From Stellaceae bacterium (GTDB lineage Bacteria > Pseudomonadota > Alphaproteobacteria > ATCC43930 > CGMCC-115725): a DNA stretch of 64,000 bases. The position numbers and the translations under genes are program-made. The DNA lies in contig DATNDG010000073.1 of assembly GCA_035553515.1 (NCBI GenBank), positions 6,034 to 70,033 on the forward strand. The letters are read 5' to 3'. The notes under the pieces were generated by a model that searched no databases, was not told the DNA's origin, and worked only from the letters and a program-made list of their open reading frames with translations. Below are positions 46,803 to 55,588 of this stretch, piece by piece; position 1 is the first letter of the stretch, and each line of letters opens with the position of its first letter.

Positions 46803-48580
46803 AGCATCTCTCCGAGATAGGACTGGATGACGACGGGATCGCGCAGCACCGCCTCCGGCGTGCCTTCGGCGATCTTCTTGCCCTGGTCGAGCACGATCAT
46901 CCGGTCAGAAAGATCGGCGATGGCGGAAATCACGTGCTCGACGCCGGCGACGGCCGCGATGCCGAACTCCTTCATCCGCCGCAGCACTGCGCGGATTTCC
47001 TCGTGCTCCTCATGCGTCATGCCCGCCATGACCTCGTCGAGCAAGATGAGCGTCGGATCGAGGGCCAGCGCTCGCGCCAGCTCGAGACGGCGCTGGCGAC
47101 CGGGTGTCAGGCTTTCGGCGGGCTCGAGCCAGAACGCGTCGAGCCCCACCGTCTCCAGCGCCCAGGCGGCTTGCTCGACCGCCCGATTGGCGCGCCGTCC
47201 GTTGCCGGCCGCGAGCAGCACATTCTCCCACACGGTCATGGAATCCATGAGGCGCGGGATCTGAAACGTGCGCGCGATGCCGCGGCGCGCGCGCTCATAG
47301 GCGGGGATCGGCGCGACCGGCGCACCCTCATAGAGCACCTCGCCATCGCTGGGCGGGACGAAGCCGGTGATCGCATTGAAGAGCGTCGTCTTACCGGCAC
47401 CATTCGCCCCGATGATGCTGACCGTTTCGCCGCGCCGCACGCTGAGCGAGATCCCGTCGAGCGCCACCACGCCGCCGAAGCGGACGGTGAGGTTCTTCAC
47501 CTCGAGCACGGCGGTCGCCGCTCCCGCAGCGCCTTGTGGCGCGGCTTTGGGCCGCTCGACGCGCGGAAACTGCGGTGGCGCGAGCACCGGGCGGCGGCGC
47601 AGCCAGCCGAAGCGATTGGCGATGCCGACGATGCCGCCCGGGAAGGTCAGCACCACGGCCATGACGAGCGCGCCATAAAGCGCAAGTTGGAGGTCCGGCA
47701 CATATGCCCAGAGCTCCTCGCCCACCAGCATCAGTACGAGCCCCCCGAGCGCGGGGCCCCACAGCGTGCCTATGCCGCCGAACAACGTGAAAACCACCAC
47801 CTGCAGGTCGATCGTCGGATCGAAGACGCTCGGCGGATCGATGTAGCTGCGGTTCCAGGCGACGAGCCCGCCGACCGTTGCCGGCACCAGCGCGCTCAGT
47901 ACAAAGCTCACCACCTTGACCCGCACCGCCGGCACGCCAAGCGCCACCGACGCACCCTCGTCGTCGCGCACCCCCATCGCGGCGAGCCCCCATTGCGAGC
48001 GCGAGAAGTAGGCGTTAAGGCCGAAGCCGACCAGCGCCGCTACGGCCATGCAGAGATAGATCGGCAGCGGCGTCAGTTGCGCCGGAAGAGTGAGACCCAC
48101 CGCGCCGCCGATGAAGGGGATGTTCTGCGCCAGCACGCCGAGGATGCGCGCGAGACCCAGCATCCCGAGCGCAAACATGATGCCGCGCAGGCGTAGCATC
48201 ACCGTGCCCAAGGCCAGCGCGCAGACGCCGCTGACGATGGCCGCGACAAGGATGGCGAGGTACCACGGCACGCCGGTGTGCAGGACGAGCACAGCAGTGG
48301 TGTAGGCACCGATACCGAAGAACGCGACTTGGCCGAAGGAGAGATAGCCGGTGAAGCCGCTGATCAGATTCCAGGAATAGGCGAGCGCGATCGAACTGAG
48401 AATGTCGGTCGCGAGCTGCAGCAGATAGGCCGAGGAGAAGACCGGCACCGTCGCCAGAACGAGGATTGCGAGCGCCAGTAAGCCCTGCGTCACCCCGCGC
48501 CGAAAGCGTGCTCCCTTGTCCTGCGCCACCGGGGCGGCGGGTTGGAACACGGCGTCGACCGGCCGTTCCTCGAGGCTCAT
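46799..48580 (-). CDS. fused HAAT ABC permease (LivM-like) / ATP-binding protein (LivG-like)
   Basis: ATG 48580 forms an ATGA overlap with the upstream stop. The N-terminal ~330 aa is polytopic. The C-terminus has GANGAGKTT, LTPGRQRRLELARAL and LLDEVMAG. Confidence 0.88.
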   Translation of the reverse strand: MSLEERPVDAVFQPAAPVAQDKGARFRRGVTQGLLALAILVLATVPVFSSAYLLQLATDILSSIALAYSWNLISGFTGYLSFGQVAFFGIGAYTTAVLVLHTGVPWYLAILVAAIVSGVCALALGTVMLRLRGIMFALGMLGLARILGVLAQNIPFIGGAVGLTLPAQLTPLPIYLCMAVAALVGFGLNAYFSRSQWGLAAMGVRDDEGASVALGVPAVRVKVVSFVLSALVPATVGGLVAWNRSYIDPPSVFDPTIDLQVVVFTLFGGIGTLWGPALGGLVLMLVGEELWAYVPDLQLALYGALVMAVVLTFPGGIVGIANRFGWLRRRPVLAPPQFPRVERPKAAPQGAAGAATAVLEVKNLTVRFGGVVALDGISLSVRRGETVSIIGANGAGKTTLFNAITGFVPPSDGEVLYEGAPVAPIPAYERARRGIARTFQIPRLMDSMTVWENVLLAAGNGRRANRAVEQAAWALETVGLDAFWLEPAESLTPGRQRRLELARALALDPTLILLDEVMAGMTHEEHEEIRAVLRRMKEFGIAAVAGVEHVISAIADLSDRMIVLDQGKKIAEGTPEAVLRDPVVIQSYLGEML

Positions 48581-49461
48581 CGCCGGTCGCTCCAAAGCGG
48601 CCGCCCGGACTTCCCTAGCCCTTGCGGCCGCACGATCATGAAGAAGATGAGCAGCAGATAGGGCACGACATATTCCGCGTCGCCGCCGAAATAGTATCCG
48701 ACCACCGACTGAACGATGCCGAGCATCAGCGCGGCCAGCGCCGCGCCCTGATAGTCGCCGAGGCCGCCCAGCGCGACGATGACGAAGGCAAGAATGGTCA
48801 GCGTGTCAGCAGTCGGCGCCGCCAGCGGGATCACCAGGATCAGCAGCACGCCCGAGGTCGCGGCGAGCGCGCAGCCGATCGCGAAGGCGAAGGCGCGCAT
48901 GCGGCGGACATCGATGCCGACGCTGAGCGCGCCGATCTGGTTCTGCGACGTGGCGAGCAGCGCCTTGCCGGATTCCGTGCGCCTCAGCCAGATCTGCAGC
49001 GCGCCCGAAATCGCTGCACCCAGCAGGCCCGATGCCACCAGCGCCTCGTTCACCGCGAGGCCGCCAATGCTCCAGGTGGTCTGCAGATCGGGAAGCGAGA
49101 CGTATTGCGAGCCGAAGAGGTTGAGACCACCCTCCACCAGCACGTATGAAAGCCCGAACGTCACCATCAGACTCAGCAGCTCGAAGCGCTTGCCGGTATC
49201 GGAGAGCGGCTCGAGCAGCCAGCGCTGCAGAAGAAGCCCGATTGCCATCATGACCGCGAAGACCAGCGGCAGCAGAAGCAAAGGGTTCTGGTGAGTTGTC
49301 GTCGCGAACCAGAAGGTAAAGAGGCCAGCAAGGGTGATGATGGCGCCGTGCGCAAGATTGACGACGCCCATCACGCCGAAGACGAGGTTGAGCCCCTGGG
49401 CGAGAAGCAGATACATCCCGCCCAGGAGCACCCCGTTGATCAGCAACTGCAGAAAGATCAC
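48577..49461 (-). CDS. HAAT ABC transporter permease, LivH-like
   Basis: 294 aa. MIFLQLLINGVLLGGMYLLLAQGLNLVFGVMGVVNLAHG. Confidence 0.9.
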   Translation of the reverse strand: MIFLQLLINGVLLGGMYLLLAQGLNLVFGVMGVVNLAHGAIITLAGLFTFWFATTTHQNPLLLLPLVFAVMMAIGLLLQRWLLEPLSDTGKRFELLSLMVTFGLSYVLVEGGLNLFGSQYVSLPDLQTTWSIGGLAVNEALVASGLLGAAISGALQIWLRRTESGKALLATSQNQIGALSVGIDVRRMRAFAFAIGCALAATSGVLLILVIPLAAPTADTLTILAFVIVALGGLGDYQGAALAALMLGIVQSVVGYYFGGDAEYVVPYLLLIFFMIVRPQGLGKSGRPLWSDRR

Positions 49462-49485
49462 GAAGCGGAACCCCCTTGGACCGCC

Positions 49486-50673
49486 TCAGTGTGCGGTATA
49501 CGGAATCTGCGGCTTCGCCTCCGCCAGATCCGCCGGCCAGATGAGCTTCCGGCCGTTATCCTGGATCTGGAACATGTATTGCTTGAACTGGGTGCCGATG
49601 CCGTTCGGGCCTGCCTTGAAGGTGCCCTGGACGGTTGCGACCGAGTTCTTCATCAGCCAGTCGCGAAGCTTGGTCTGATCGAGCGATTTCGTCGCCTCGA
49701 CCGCCGCGCCAAGCGTCTCGATGGCAGAATATGTCGCGGCCGAATGATAGTCCGGATCTTCGTGGTACTTCGCCTTGTAGGCGGCGATGAACTCGGCATT
49801 GCCCTTCGTCTTCAGGCTCGGCCACCAAGTCGTGTTCGAAATGACGCGGTTCGCCAGTGGGCCGATCGCGCTGTTGAACTGCGCCTCGGCCGGGCCGATC
49901 GTCTCGGCGAGGAACTTCGGCGCGAAGCCCACGCGCTGCAGGGCCTGCGTGAGGCCGACCGCGTCGGGGTAATAGCTGCAGGCGACTACCACATCGGGAT
50001 TGCTGTTCTTGATCGCGAGCGCGATGGACGAGAAATCGGGCTGCGGCAGGGCATAGGTCGTGTTGTAGACCACCGGCATGCCGAGTTTGTCCGCCTGCTC
50101 CTGACGCGCCTTGCCGCAAGCGAGCGAATAGGCCGACTGCAGGGCCAGTACCGCGACATTCTTGGCGCCGTGGCTCTTCGCCAGCGGCAACATGCCCTCG
50201 AGATAACCCGTCGAGGTGGCGATGCCCTGGATGTTCCAGAGGTTACCCTGGACAAAGATGTCGGGCAGCGAGGCGCCTGGGTCGATCATCACGTGCTGGT
50301 ACTTGTTGGCGAGGGGCGCCACCGCCTGAGTGATGCCGCTCGAATAAGGCCCGATCACGAGATCGACCTTGTCTTCCGTGATAAGACGGGTGTAAAGCCG
50401 CACCGCCGTGCCGGGCTCGCTCTTGTCGTCGTAGTATTTGAGTTCGAGCTTGCGCCCGAGCCAGCCGCCATGCGCATTCGCCTCGGCGACGCCGAGCTCG
50501 AGCCCGCGCAGGTGATAGCCGGCATCGACCGCGAGAGCGCCGGTCTCCGACACGGAAGCGCCGATGACGATGGGACCTGCCGCGTTCGCTGCCGGAGCGG
50601 CGAAAATCGCGGTGGCCGCAAGGAGCGCCGCGACAATAGAAGACCGCTGCGCCAGTGATGTGCTTACTTTCAT
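49486..50673 (-). CDS. ABC transporter substrate-binding protein (LivJ/HAAT type)
   Basis: ATG 50673 after gggaggaa. Signal peptide MKVSTSLAQRSSIVAALLAATAIFAAPAANA. First gene of a 4-gene minus-strand operon. Confidence 0.88.
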   Translation of the reverse strand: MKVSTSLAQRSSIVAALLAATAIFAAPAANAAGPIVIGASVSETGALAVDAGYHLRGLELGVAEANAHGGWLGRKLELKYYDDKSEPGTAVRLYTRLITEDKVDLVIGPYSSGITQAVAPLANKYQHVMIDPGASLPDIFVQGNLWNIQGIATSTGYLEGMLPLAKSHGAKNVAVLALQSAYSLACGKARQEQADKLGMPVVYNTTYALPQPDFSSIALAIKNSNPDVVVACSYYPDAVGLTQALQRVGFAPKFLAETIGPAEAQFNSAIGPLANRVISNTTWWPSLKTKGNAEFIAAYKAKYHEDPDYHSAATYSAIETLGAAVEATKSLDQTKLRDWLMKNSVATVQGTFKAGPNGIGTQFKQYMFQIQDNGRKLIWPADLAEAKPQIPYTAH

Positions 50674-51015
50674 CCTCATTTCCTCCCTGGTGAGCCCGTC
50701 GATCCTGGTTTCAGCGGACCGCTTCGGCTCTTCTCGAATGGCGTTGACTACACCGCCATCCGCGAACGAGCAAGTCAAACCGGCCCGCCTGCTGTCCGAA
50801 GAGCCAATTCCGGCCGCAAGTCCGGCCAGCTGCTTGGCCCGATGGTGTTTGTTGTTGTCGGCGATTAGACGTGCCCCCGCCCACGCGTTCACGTGAATAT
50901 TTTGTAATTTAGCGGGAAGGACGAACCGCGCAACCGGTCCGAAGACCACGTTAAAATCCACCGTTCCGGTGCTCCGGCCGGCTCATCTGTGAGGTCTGCA
51001 AAGCTTGAAAGGGGA

Positions 51016-51063
51016 TGGAGCGGGTGAAGGGAATCGAACCCTCGTCGTAAGCTTGGGAAAGCT
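51016..51063 (-). other. 3' fragment of a tRNA-Gly(CCC) gene (anticodon loop to CCA); probable att site / island boundary
   Basis: The minus strand reads ...AGCTTTCCCAAGCTTACGACGAGGGTTCGATTCCCTTCACCCGCTCCA. It has a canonical T-arm (GAGGG-TTCGATT-CCCTT), a 3' acceptor CACCCGC, discriminator U plus CCA, and a TTCCCAA loop. The 31 nt upstream cannot form a D-arm or the 5' acceptor strand. Confidence 0.7.
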
Positions 51064-51143
51064 ATAAAGCGGACGCCCACGGATGTCCGGAAACGCCAAA
51101 GAACGCTTGAGTCTCAGGCACTTCTCGCGCTACCATTCCTTGG

Positions 51144-51187
51144 CGTTCGAGAACGTTCCGCGACAGTTTTTCCGTATTTTTTCCGTA
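51144..51187. promoter_or_regulatory. palindrome plus tandem direct repeats upstream of integrase (candidate recombinase/IHF-type binding sites)
   Basis: Palindrome cgttcgagaacg at 51144-51155. TTTTTCCGTA occurs twice in tandem (51167-51176 and 51178-51187), 20 nt upstream of the integrase ATG. Confidence 0.3.
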
Positions 51188-51207
51188 CGGGTTCGACGGT
51201 TGCTCCC

Positions 51208-52488
51208 ATGGCCAGAGCCGTTCGTGATTCCAGGATTGACAGCCGGTCGGCGCGCCAGCGCCTCAAGCCGCAGCCAGAGCCCTATTGGCGCAAGATCGCG
51301 CGCGGTCGCTACATCGGGTACCGCCGAGCGCGCGAGGGCGGCAGCTGGGTCGCGCGCTATCGAGACGACGCCGGGCGCCAGCATTACCGCAACTTCGGCT
51401 CCGCTGACGATGCGCTAGATGCGAATGGCGGCTCGGCGCTCAGCTTCGATCAGGCTCAGGAGCGCGCCCGTGAGTGGTTCTTGCAACTCGATCGCGAGGG
51501 CGCTGACGAGGCAAGCGGCGGCCGCTACACCGTCGCCGACTGCATGGCGGACTACTTAGGATGGGTGCAGGAGCATCGGAAGTCGCATAGACATCTGAAG
51601 ACGTACACTGAGGCTTACATTCTGCCGCGGCTGGGCGCGATTGACACGTCGAAGCTAACCACACCCATGATCAGAAGGTGGCACCAGCAGCTCGCCGCCG
51701 AGCCGCCGCGCGCTCGGACCGGCAGAGGCAAGAGCCAGCAGTATCGCATCGAGGATCCGGATCCCGCCGAGGCAGAGAGAAAACGGCGCCTGCGCGCCAA
51801 TCGCCACCTGGTCACGCTTCGGGCGGCGCTGAGCAAGGCGTGGCTTGACGGGCGGATCGCGCGCAATGATGCCTGGACCCGCGTGCGGCCCTTCCCCGGG
51901 GTGGAGCGGCCGCGCTCGCGCTTCCTCAACCACAATGAGGCACGGCGGCTTCTGAACGCGTGCAGGGCGGATCTGCGGCAGCTGGTCCAGCTCGCCCTGC
52001 TAACCGGCGCCCGCTATGGCGAGCTCTGCGCGCTAAGCGTTCGAGACTTCCAGACGGAGAGCGGCACGCTCTTTGTTCGCGACAGCAAGAGCGGTAAGCC
52101 GCGCCACATCGTCCTCAATGCTGAGGGCGTCGCATGCTGCCGCCAGCTGAGCGCCGGGCGCCCGATCAACGCGCCGCTGCTCGCTAGGTCCGACGGCTCC
52201 CGCTGGAGCCGCGATCATCAGTTCCGCCCTTTCAAGGCGGCGATCAAGGTCGCCCGGCTCGATGCCACGTTCACGTTCCATGAGCTGCGGCATACCTGGG
52301 CGAGCCTCACGATCATGGCGGGCGCGCCTCTTATGGTCGTGGCGCAAAATCTTGGGCACCGAGACACGAGGATGGTCGAGCGGCACTATGGCCACCTCGC
52401 GGACAGCTACGTAAGCGAGATGATCCGCAAGACCGCACCCAGCTTCGGCGAGCCGCTCGAAAGCAATGTCGTGCCGCTAGTCGGCTAG
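51208..52488 (+). CDS. tyrosine-type site-specific integrase
   Basis: 426 aa. N-terminal arm-binding-like region (RLKPQPEPYWRKIARGRYIGYRR...). Catalytic motifs ...LLTGARYGEL..., HELRHTWAS and LGHRDTRMVERHYGHL. Confidence 0.92.
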   Translation: MARAVRDSRIDSRSARQRLKPQPEPYWRKIARGRYIGYRRAREGGSWVARYRDDAGRQHYRNFGSADDALDANGGSALSFDQAQERAREWFLQLDREGADEASGGRYTVADCMADYLGWVQEHRKSHRHLKTYTEAYILPRLGAIDTSKLTTPMIRRWHQQLAAEPPRARTGRGKSQQYRIEDPDPAEAERKRRLRANRHLVTLRAALSKAWLDGRIARNDAWTRVRPFPGVERPRSRFLNHNEARRLLNACRADLRQLVQLALLTGARYGELCALSVRDFQTESGTLFVRDSKSGKPRHIVLNAEGVACCRQLSAGRPINAPLLARSDGSRWSRDHQFRPFKAAIKVARLDATFTFHELRHTWASLTIMAGAPLMVVAQNLGHRDTRMVERHYGHLADSYVSEMIRKTAPSFGEPLESNVVPLVG

Positions 52489-52511
52489 CTCCAATGTGAG
52501 AGGCGCACCTC

Positions 52512-53318
52512 GTGCCAGCAGGAAAGGCCCCGATCCGAGGAGCGATTGGGTTTCAGAAAAGGGTGCCCGAGACGGTGAGCGCGAGGTCGCTCCTCGACTA
52601 CAAGAGCAGAAATCATCGCTGCTTGAGCGAGGAGGAGCTGGAGGAGCACAGCTGCAAGATCCGAGAGGCACTCGGTAGCTACCTTGGATTTAGCGAGTCG
52701 ACCCCCCTGCTGACGGGAACCCAGCGGAGACGCGCGATACGGGAGGTGCGCAGTGTGGCACAAAGCCTACTGCGCGCCATCCGCTCGGATGATCGGGTTA
52801 GCGGATGGCGTGAGCGACTGCTGACCAGCCTCAGATCAAAAGATGTCAACACTCGAAAGCTGATAAACGACTGGCTGGTGCGCCGCTGGGAGTTCCGCCG
52901 TAACAGGGGCTATGATCGAAGCCTGCAGGGTCTTGAGCGGCAACTCGTCAAATCGGCTTGGCCCAATGTCAGCCCGGGGGATCGGCGACGACTAGAGGCG
53001 TGGCTTGGCGTGCTCGCGCAGATTCCTGATCCTGAGCTGCCCAAAGGAACGGGCCGCGCTCCCCTGCTTGAGGAGCTACTTCGAGAGCTGGCGCCAATAT
53101 GGGAGGCGATCACGGGGCTCAGCGCTCTCTCCCGCCAGACTTGGCTTGTAGATAGCAAGCAGGATACGAAGGAGCATAGGCGATTACGGCTTCATGGCTG
53201 GCTTAGCAATATGCTACGGCTCGCAGGAAGCGACGTGGAGGTTTCCGAGGGCGCGGTCCTGGACGCCCTCCGCAAGCTGAGGGGAAAAAATCCGGTACCC
53301 CTGACGGCCGCCAAGTAG
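52512..53318 (+). CDS. hypothetical protein (island)
   Basis: 268-aa ORF with a GTG start, 23 nt after the integrase stop. Arg/Leu-rich and helical, with no recognised family. Confidence 0.5.
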   Translation: MPAGKAPIRGAIGFQKRVPETVSARSLLDYKSRNHRCLSEEELEEHSCKIREALGSYLGFSESTPLLTGTQRRRAIREVRSVAQSLLRAIRSDDRVSGWRERLLTSLRSKDVNTRKLINDWLVRRWEFRRNRGYDRSLQGLERQLVKSAWPNVSPGDRRRLEAWLGVLAQIPDPELPKGTGRAPLLEELLRELAPIWEAITGLSALSRQTWLVDSKQDTKEHRRLRLHGWLSNMLRLAGSDVEVSEGAVLDALRKLRGKNPVPLTAAK

Positions 53319-53378
53319 GGGCGCCACTCTTGCTCCGTTCTCGCCGGAGGCCCGGCGAACACGCACGGAGCATTAAGA

Positions 53379-53591
53379 ATGAGCACATTAGATCGTAGGC
53401 GGGGAGAGTCTCCGAAGGCAGCTCTCTCTATTGCCGAATTCTGCGCGAGCTGCTCGATCGGCCGCACCACCTGCTACGCAGAGATCAAGGCCGGTCGCCT
53501 GCGGACGGTCAAGGTCGGCCGTAGGACCCTTGTGCCGGCTACCGAGATCTATTCCTGGCTCGGCCGCCTCTCGACGCAGGAGGGCAGGTAA
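53379..53591 (+). CDS. AlpA/excisionase-family helix-turn-helix DNA-binding protein
   Basis: 70 aa. LSIAEFCASCSIGRTTCYAEIKAGRLRTVKVGRRTLVPATEIYSWL. Confidence 0.8.
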   Translation: MSTLDRRRGESPKAALSIAEFCASCSIGRTTCYAEIKAGRLRTVKVGRRTLVPATEIYSWLGRLSTQEGR

Positions 53592-53592
53592 G

Positions 53593-53850
53593 ATGCCCCT
53601 CGACCCTCCCCGCACTCTCGTCATTGTCGCATGGTGCGAGGAGTCGACGAGCCTCGACTGGCTCTTGGCCCGTCCTGCGTTCGCGGTGGTCGATGTGGAG
53701 GGCACATGCTCAGTTGACGAGCTAACGCTCCACCCTGCCATCGTGACGGCCCGCGCGTTGGGGCTTCCTGTGCTCCTCGCGTTTGAGGACCCGATGAACG
53801 CGCATGAGTTCCAACAGAGATGCGCCGCCGCTAAAGGACAAGTCCTTTGA
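53593..53850 (+). CDS. hypothetical protein (island)
   Basis: 85 aa starting at ATG 53593, 1 nt after the preceding stop (MPLDPPRTLVIVAWCEE...). No recognised family. Confidence 0.45.
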   Translation: MPLDPPRTLVIVAWCEESTSLDWLLARPAFAVVDVEGTCSVDELTLHPAIVTARALGLPVLLAFEDPMNAHEFQQRCAAAKGQVL

Positions 53851-54641
53851 CCCCCGCAGAGGAGCTCACCGCCGCTCTGGGCGGCACTTGGGACGGCGGG
53901 TACGGGCTCGCACCGTGCGTTGTGAAGGATCACCCCAGCCCAAGTCTCAGCATTATCAATGGCAAGCGCGGACCTTTCGTCACCTGCCGGGAAGGCTGCC
54001 CATCGGGCTTTGTTCTCGCCGCACTGCGAAGGCGAGGCTTGATGCCAGAGAGGAGCAGCGGCCGATTGGATGATGCGCATATTGAGCAGGTCCGGGGCGG
54101 CGAGAGCCTCCAGGCGCCTTCGTCCAATCCGATTAGGTCGGCCAGTATCGACAAGGAATATCGAGTCACTCTCGATCGAATCCGCACTGCGTTGCTCACT
54201 GCGGCAGGCATGACCGGAGCGATGCGCCAAGTCGGCGGGCTTATGCTCAACTACACGAATCGACGGATGTTCGAGCACAAGCGCGTGGTTTGCTCATGGC
54301 TTTCGGAGGCTACGCTAGCATCGCTAAGCACGCTTTCCGAGAGTGGAGTCCGGAAGGCGCGGCGAGCGCTCCGAGAATGCGGGTCCATTGTCGCGACGAG
54401 GCAGGGTGGCGCTGGCCGAGGCGACACCACCGTGTATCAATTTGACCTGGGCTGGGTAGAGCGGATGGAGGTCGCGCTCAAATCAAGACAGGCTCACCGG
54501 GAATCGGCTAGGGGGCACAGGAGTGAGGCGGAAAACGGCGATAGCCCCGTCGGGGGCGAGGCCGGTCACCTCCAGACGGGCTCGGCGGGACTGGCTAGAG
54601 GTGACGAGGCGCGCCCCGAATCCCTTGATTTAACCTCTTGA
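53847..54641 (+). CDS. hypothetical protein with N-terminal CHCC zinc-ribbon-like segment and C-terminal winged-HTH
   Basis: 264 aa. ...LGGTWDGGYGLAPCVVKDHPSPSLSI...FVTCREGCPSGFVLAALRRRGL resembles the primase-type Zn-binding N-terminus common in island replication proteins. LSTLSESGVRKARRALRECGSIVATRQG is wHTH-like. The TTG start is uncertain. Confidence 0.55.
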   Translation: MTPAEELTAALGGTWDGGYGLAPCVVKDHPSPSLSIINGKRGPFVTCREGCPSGFVLAALRRRGLMPERSSGRLDDAHIEQVRGGESLQAPSSNPIRSASIDKEYRVTLDRIRTALLTAAGMTGAMRQVGGLMLNYTNRRMFEHKRVVCSWLSEATLASLSTLSESGVRKARRALRECGSIVATRQGGAGRGDTTVYQFDLGWVERMEVALKSRQAHRESARGHRSEAENGDSPVGGEAGHLQTGSAGLARGDEARPESLDLTS

Positions 54642-55125
54642 GAAAATCGACGGCTCGGCAAGTGGTCGGTGGCATCGGCATCGAGCCCGAATGCTCCAGC
54701 CAGCGACTCGTGCATTTGGGAGCAGTCTCGAGCGCGCTAAATCGACGTCCTCCTCTGTCGCAGTCGTCGTGTCTCAGCTGAAATCGGGGATCATCGCCTG
54801 AGTCGCGTAGCACGTGGCCTCATGACAACACAGCCAGAGCGCGCGCTGGCACTTGCAGCCTGGCGCTTCCATAAGATCTTGGCGCGCCTCTCATGACATC
54901 CAGCGCCGCACGAGCCTCAGCGGCAAACCTGTTGTCAAACGTTGTCATCGGGCGGCCTTGCGGCCGCTCAATAGCTTGCACTGAAATCGGACGCCTTCCG
55001 AGTGACGTACACTTGATTGCAGATCGCTCCACGTCGATTTCGGGGAAGCTTGCCGTTGGGCCGCCGTTTCTTCGCCACTAGCTACTGCAGCTCGAGGCGA
55101 TCGGGGTCAAGCGACAAAGGCCGCA

Positions 55126-55497
55126 TCACGGAGTCGCACTCGGAACCGTATCGAGGAGCGTGACAATCTCCGCGAGCTTATCACGTGCGACAGCAAGCTT
55201 GCTGATCGCGATAACCTGCTGGCGACCGGACAGCCGCAACACAGTTTCGAGCACCTGGTCGGAGCGCTGCATCAAGCACAACAAATGCGCGCCACTAGGC
55301 CCGCACGCGCCCGAAAACCAGTTTTTCACAGTGCGCTCATTTGCGCCTGTCCAACGCGCAACCGTTTTAACCGCCTGGTGCGTCTCACCGACGCCGGCCC
55401 TCAACGCTCCGGCAATCGCCAACGCATACGCCGCTTCTTCAATAGCTCGCGGAAGAACTTTGCCCTCTTTCGGAAAAGACATTCCGCGCCCCAGCAT
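55126..55497 (-). CDS. hypothetical HTH-like protein, divergent from recombinase operon
   Basis: 123 aa. ...HQAVKTVARWTGANERTVKNWFSG... is a probable HTH. Confidence 0.5.
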   Translation of the reverse strand: MLGRGMSFPKEGKVLPRAIEEAAYALAIAGALRAGVGETHQAVKTVARWTGANERTVKNWFSGACGPSGAHLLCLMQRSDQVLETVLRLSGRQQVIAISKLAVARDKLAEIVTLLDTVPSATP

Positions 55498-55502
55498 CTA
55501 CA

Positions 55503-55540
55503 TTGACAAAGTGTGTTGCGTGAACGCCGCGCACCGCAAC
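55503..55540. promoter_or_regulatory. candidate divergent promoter/operator
   Basis: TTGACA at 55503-55508. Inverted repeat GTTGCG (55515-55520) / CGCAAC (55535-55540) in the 91-nt gap between the HTH gene and the serine recombinase. Confidence 0.25.
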
Positions 55541-55588
55541 GAAATCCGCCGAACATCAGAGATCTTCATCGTCGGATGGAATTCACGT

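Noticed and set aside
51016-51092. Intact tRNA-Gly gene.
   Set aside because: Only the 3' ~48 nt fold as tRNA. The upstream 31 nt give no D-arm, and CCGGACA cannot pair with the acceptor 3' strand CACCCGC. An alternative 65-nt fold starting at GTGGGCG lacks a D-arm.
53379-53850. Toxin-antitoxin reading of the small HTH gene plus the abutting 85-aa gene.
   Set aside because: The HTH matches the AlpA/excisionase pattern, the position next to an integrase fits Xis-type function, and the partner shows no toxin-family motifs.
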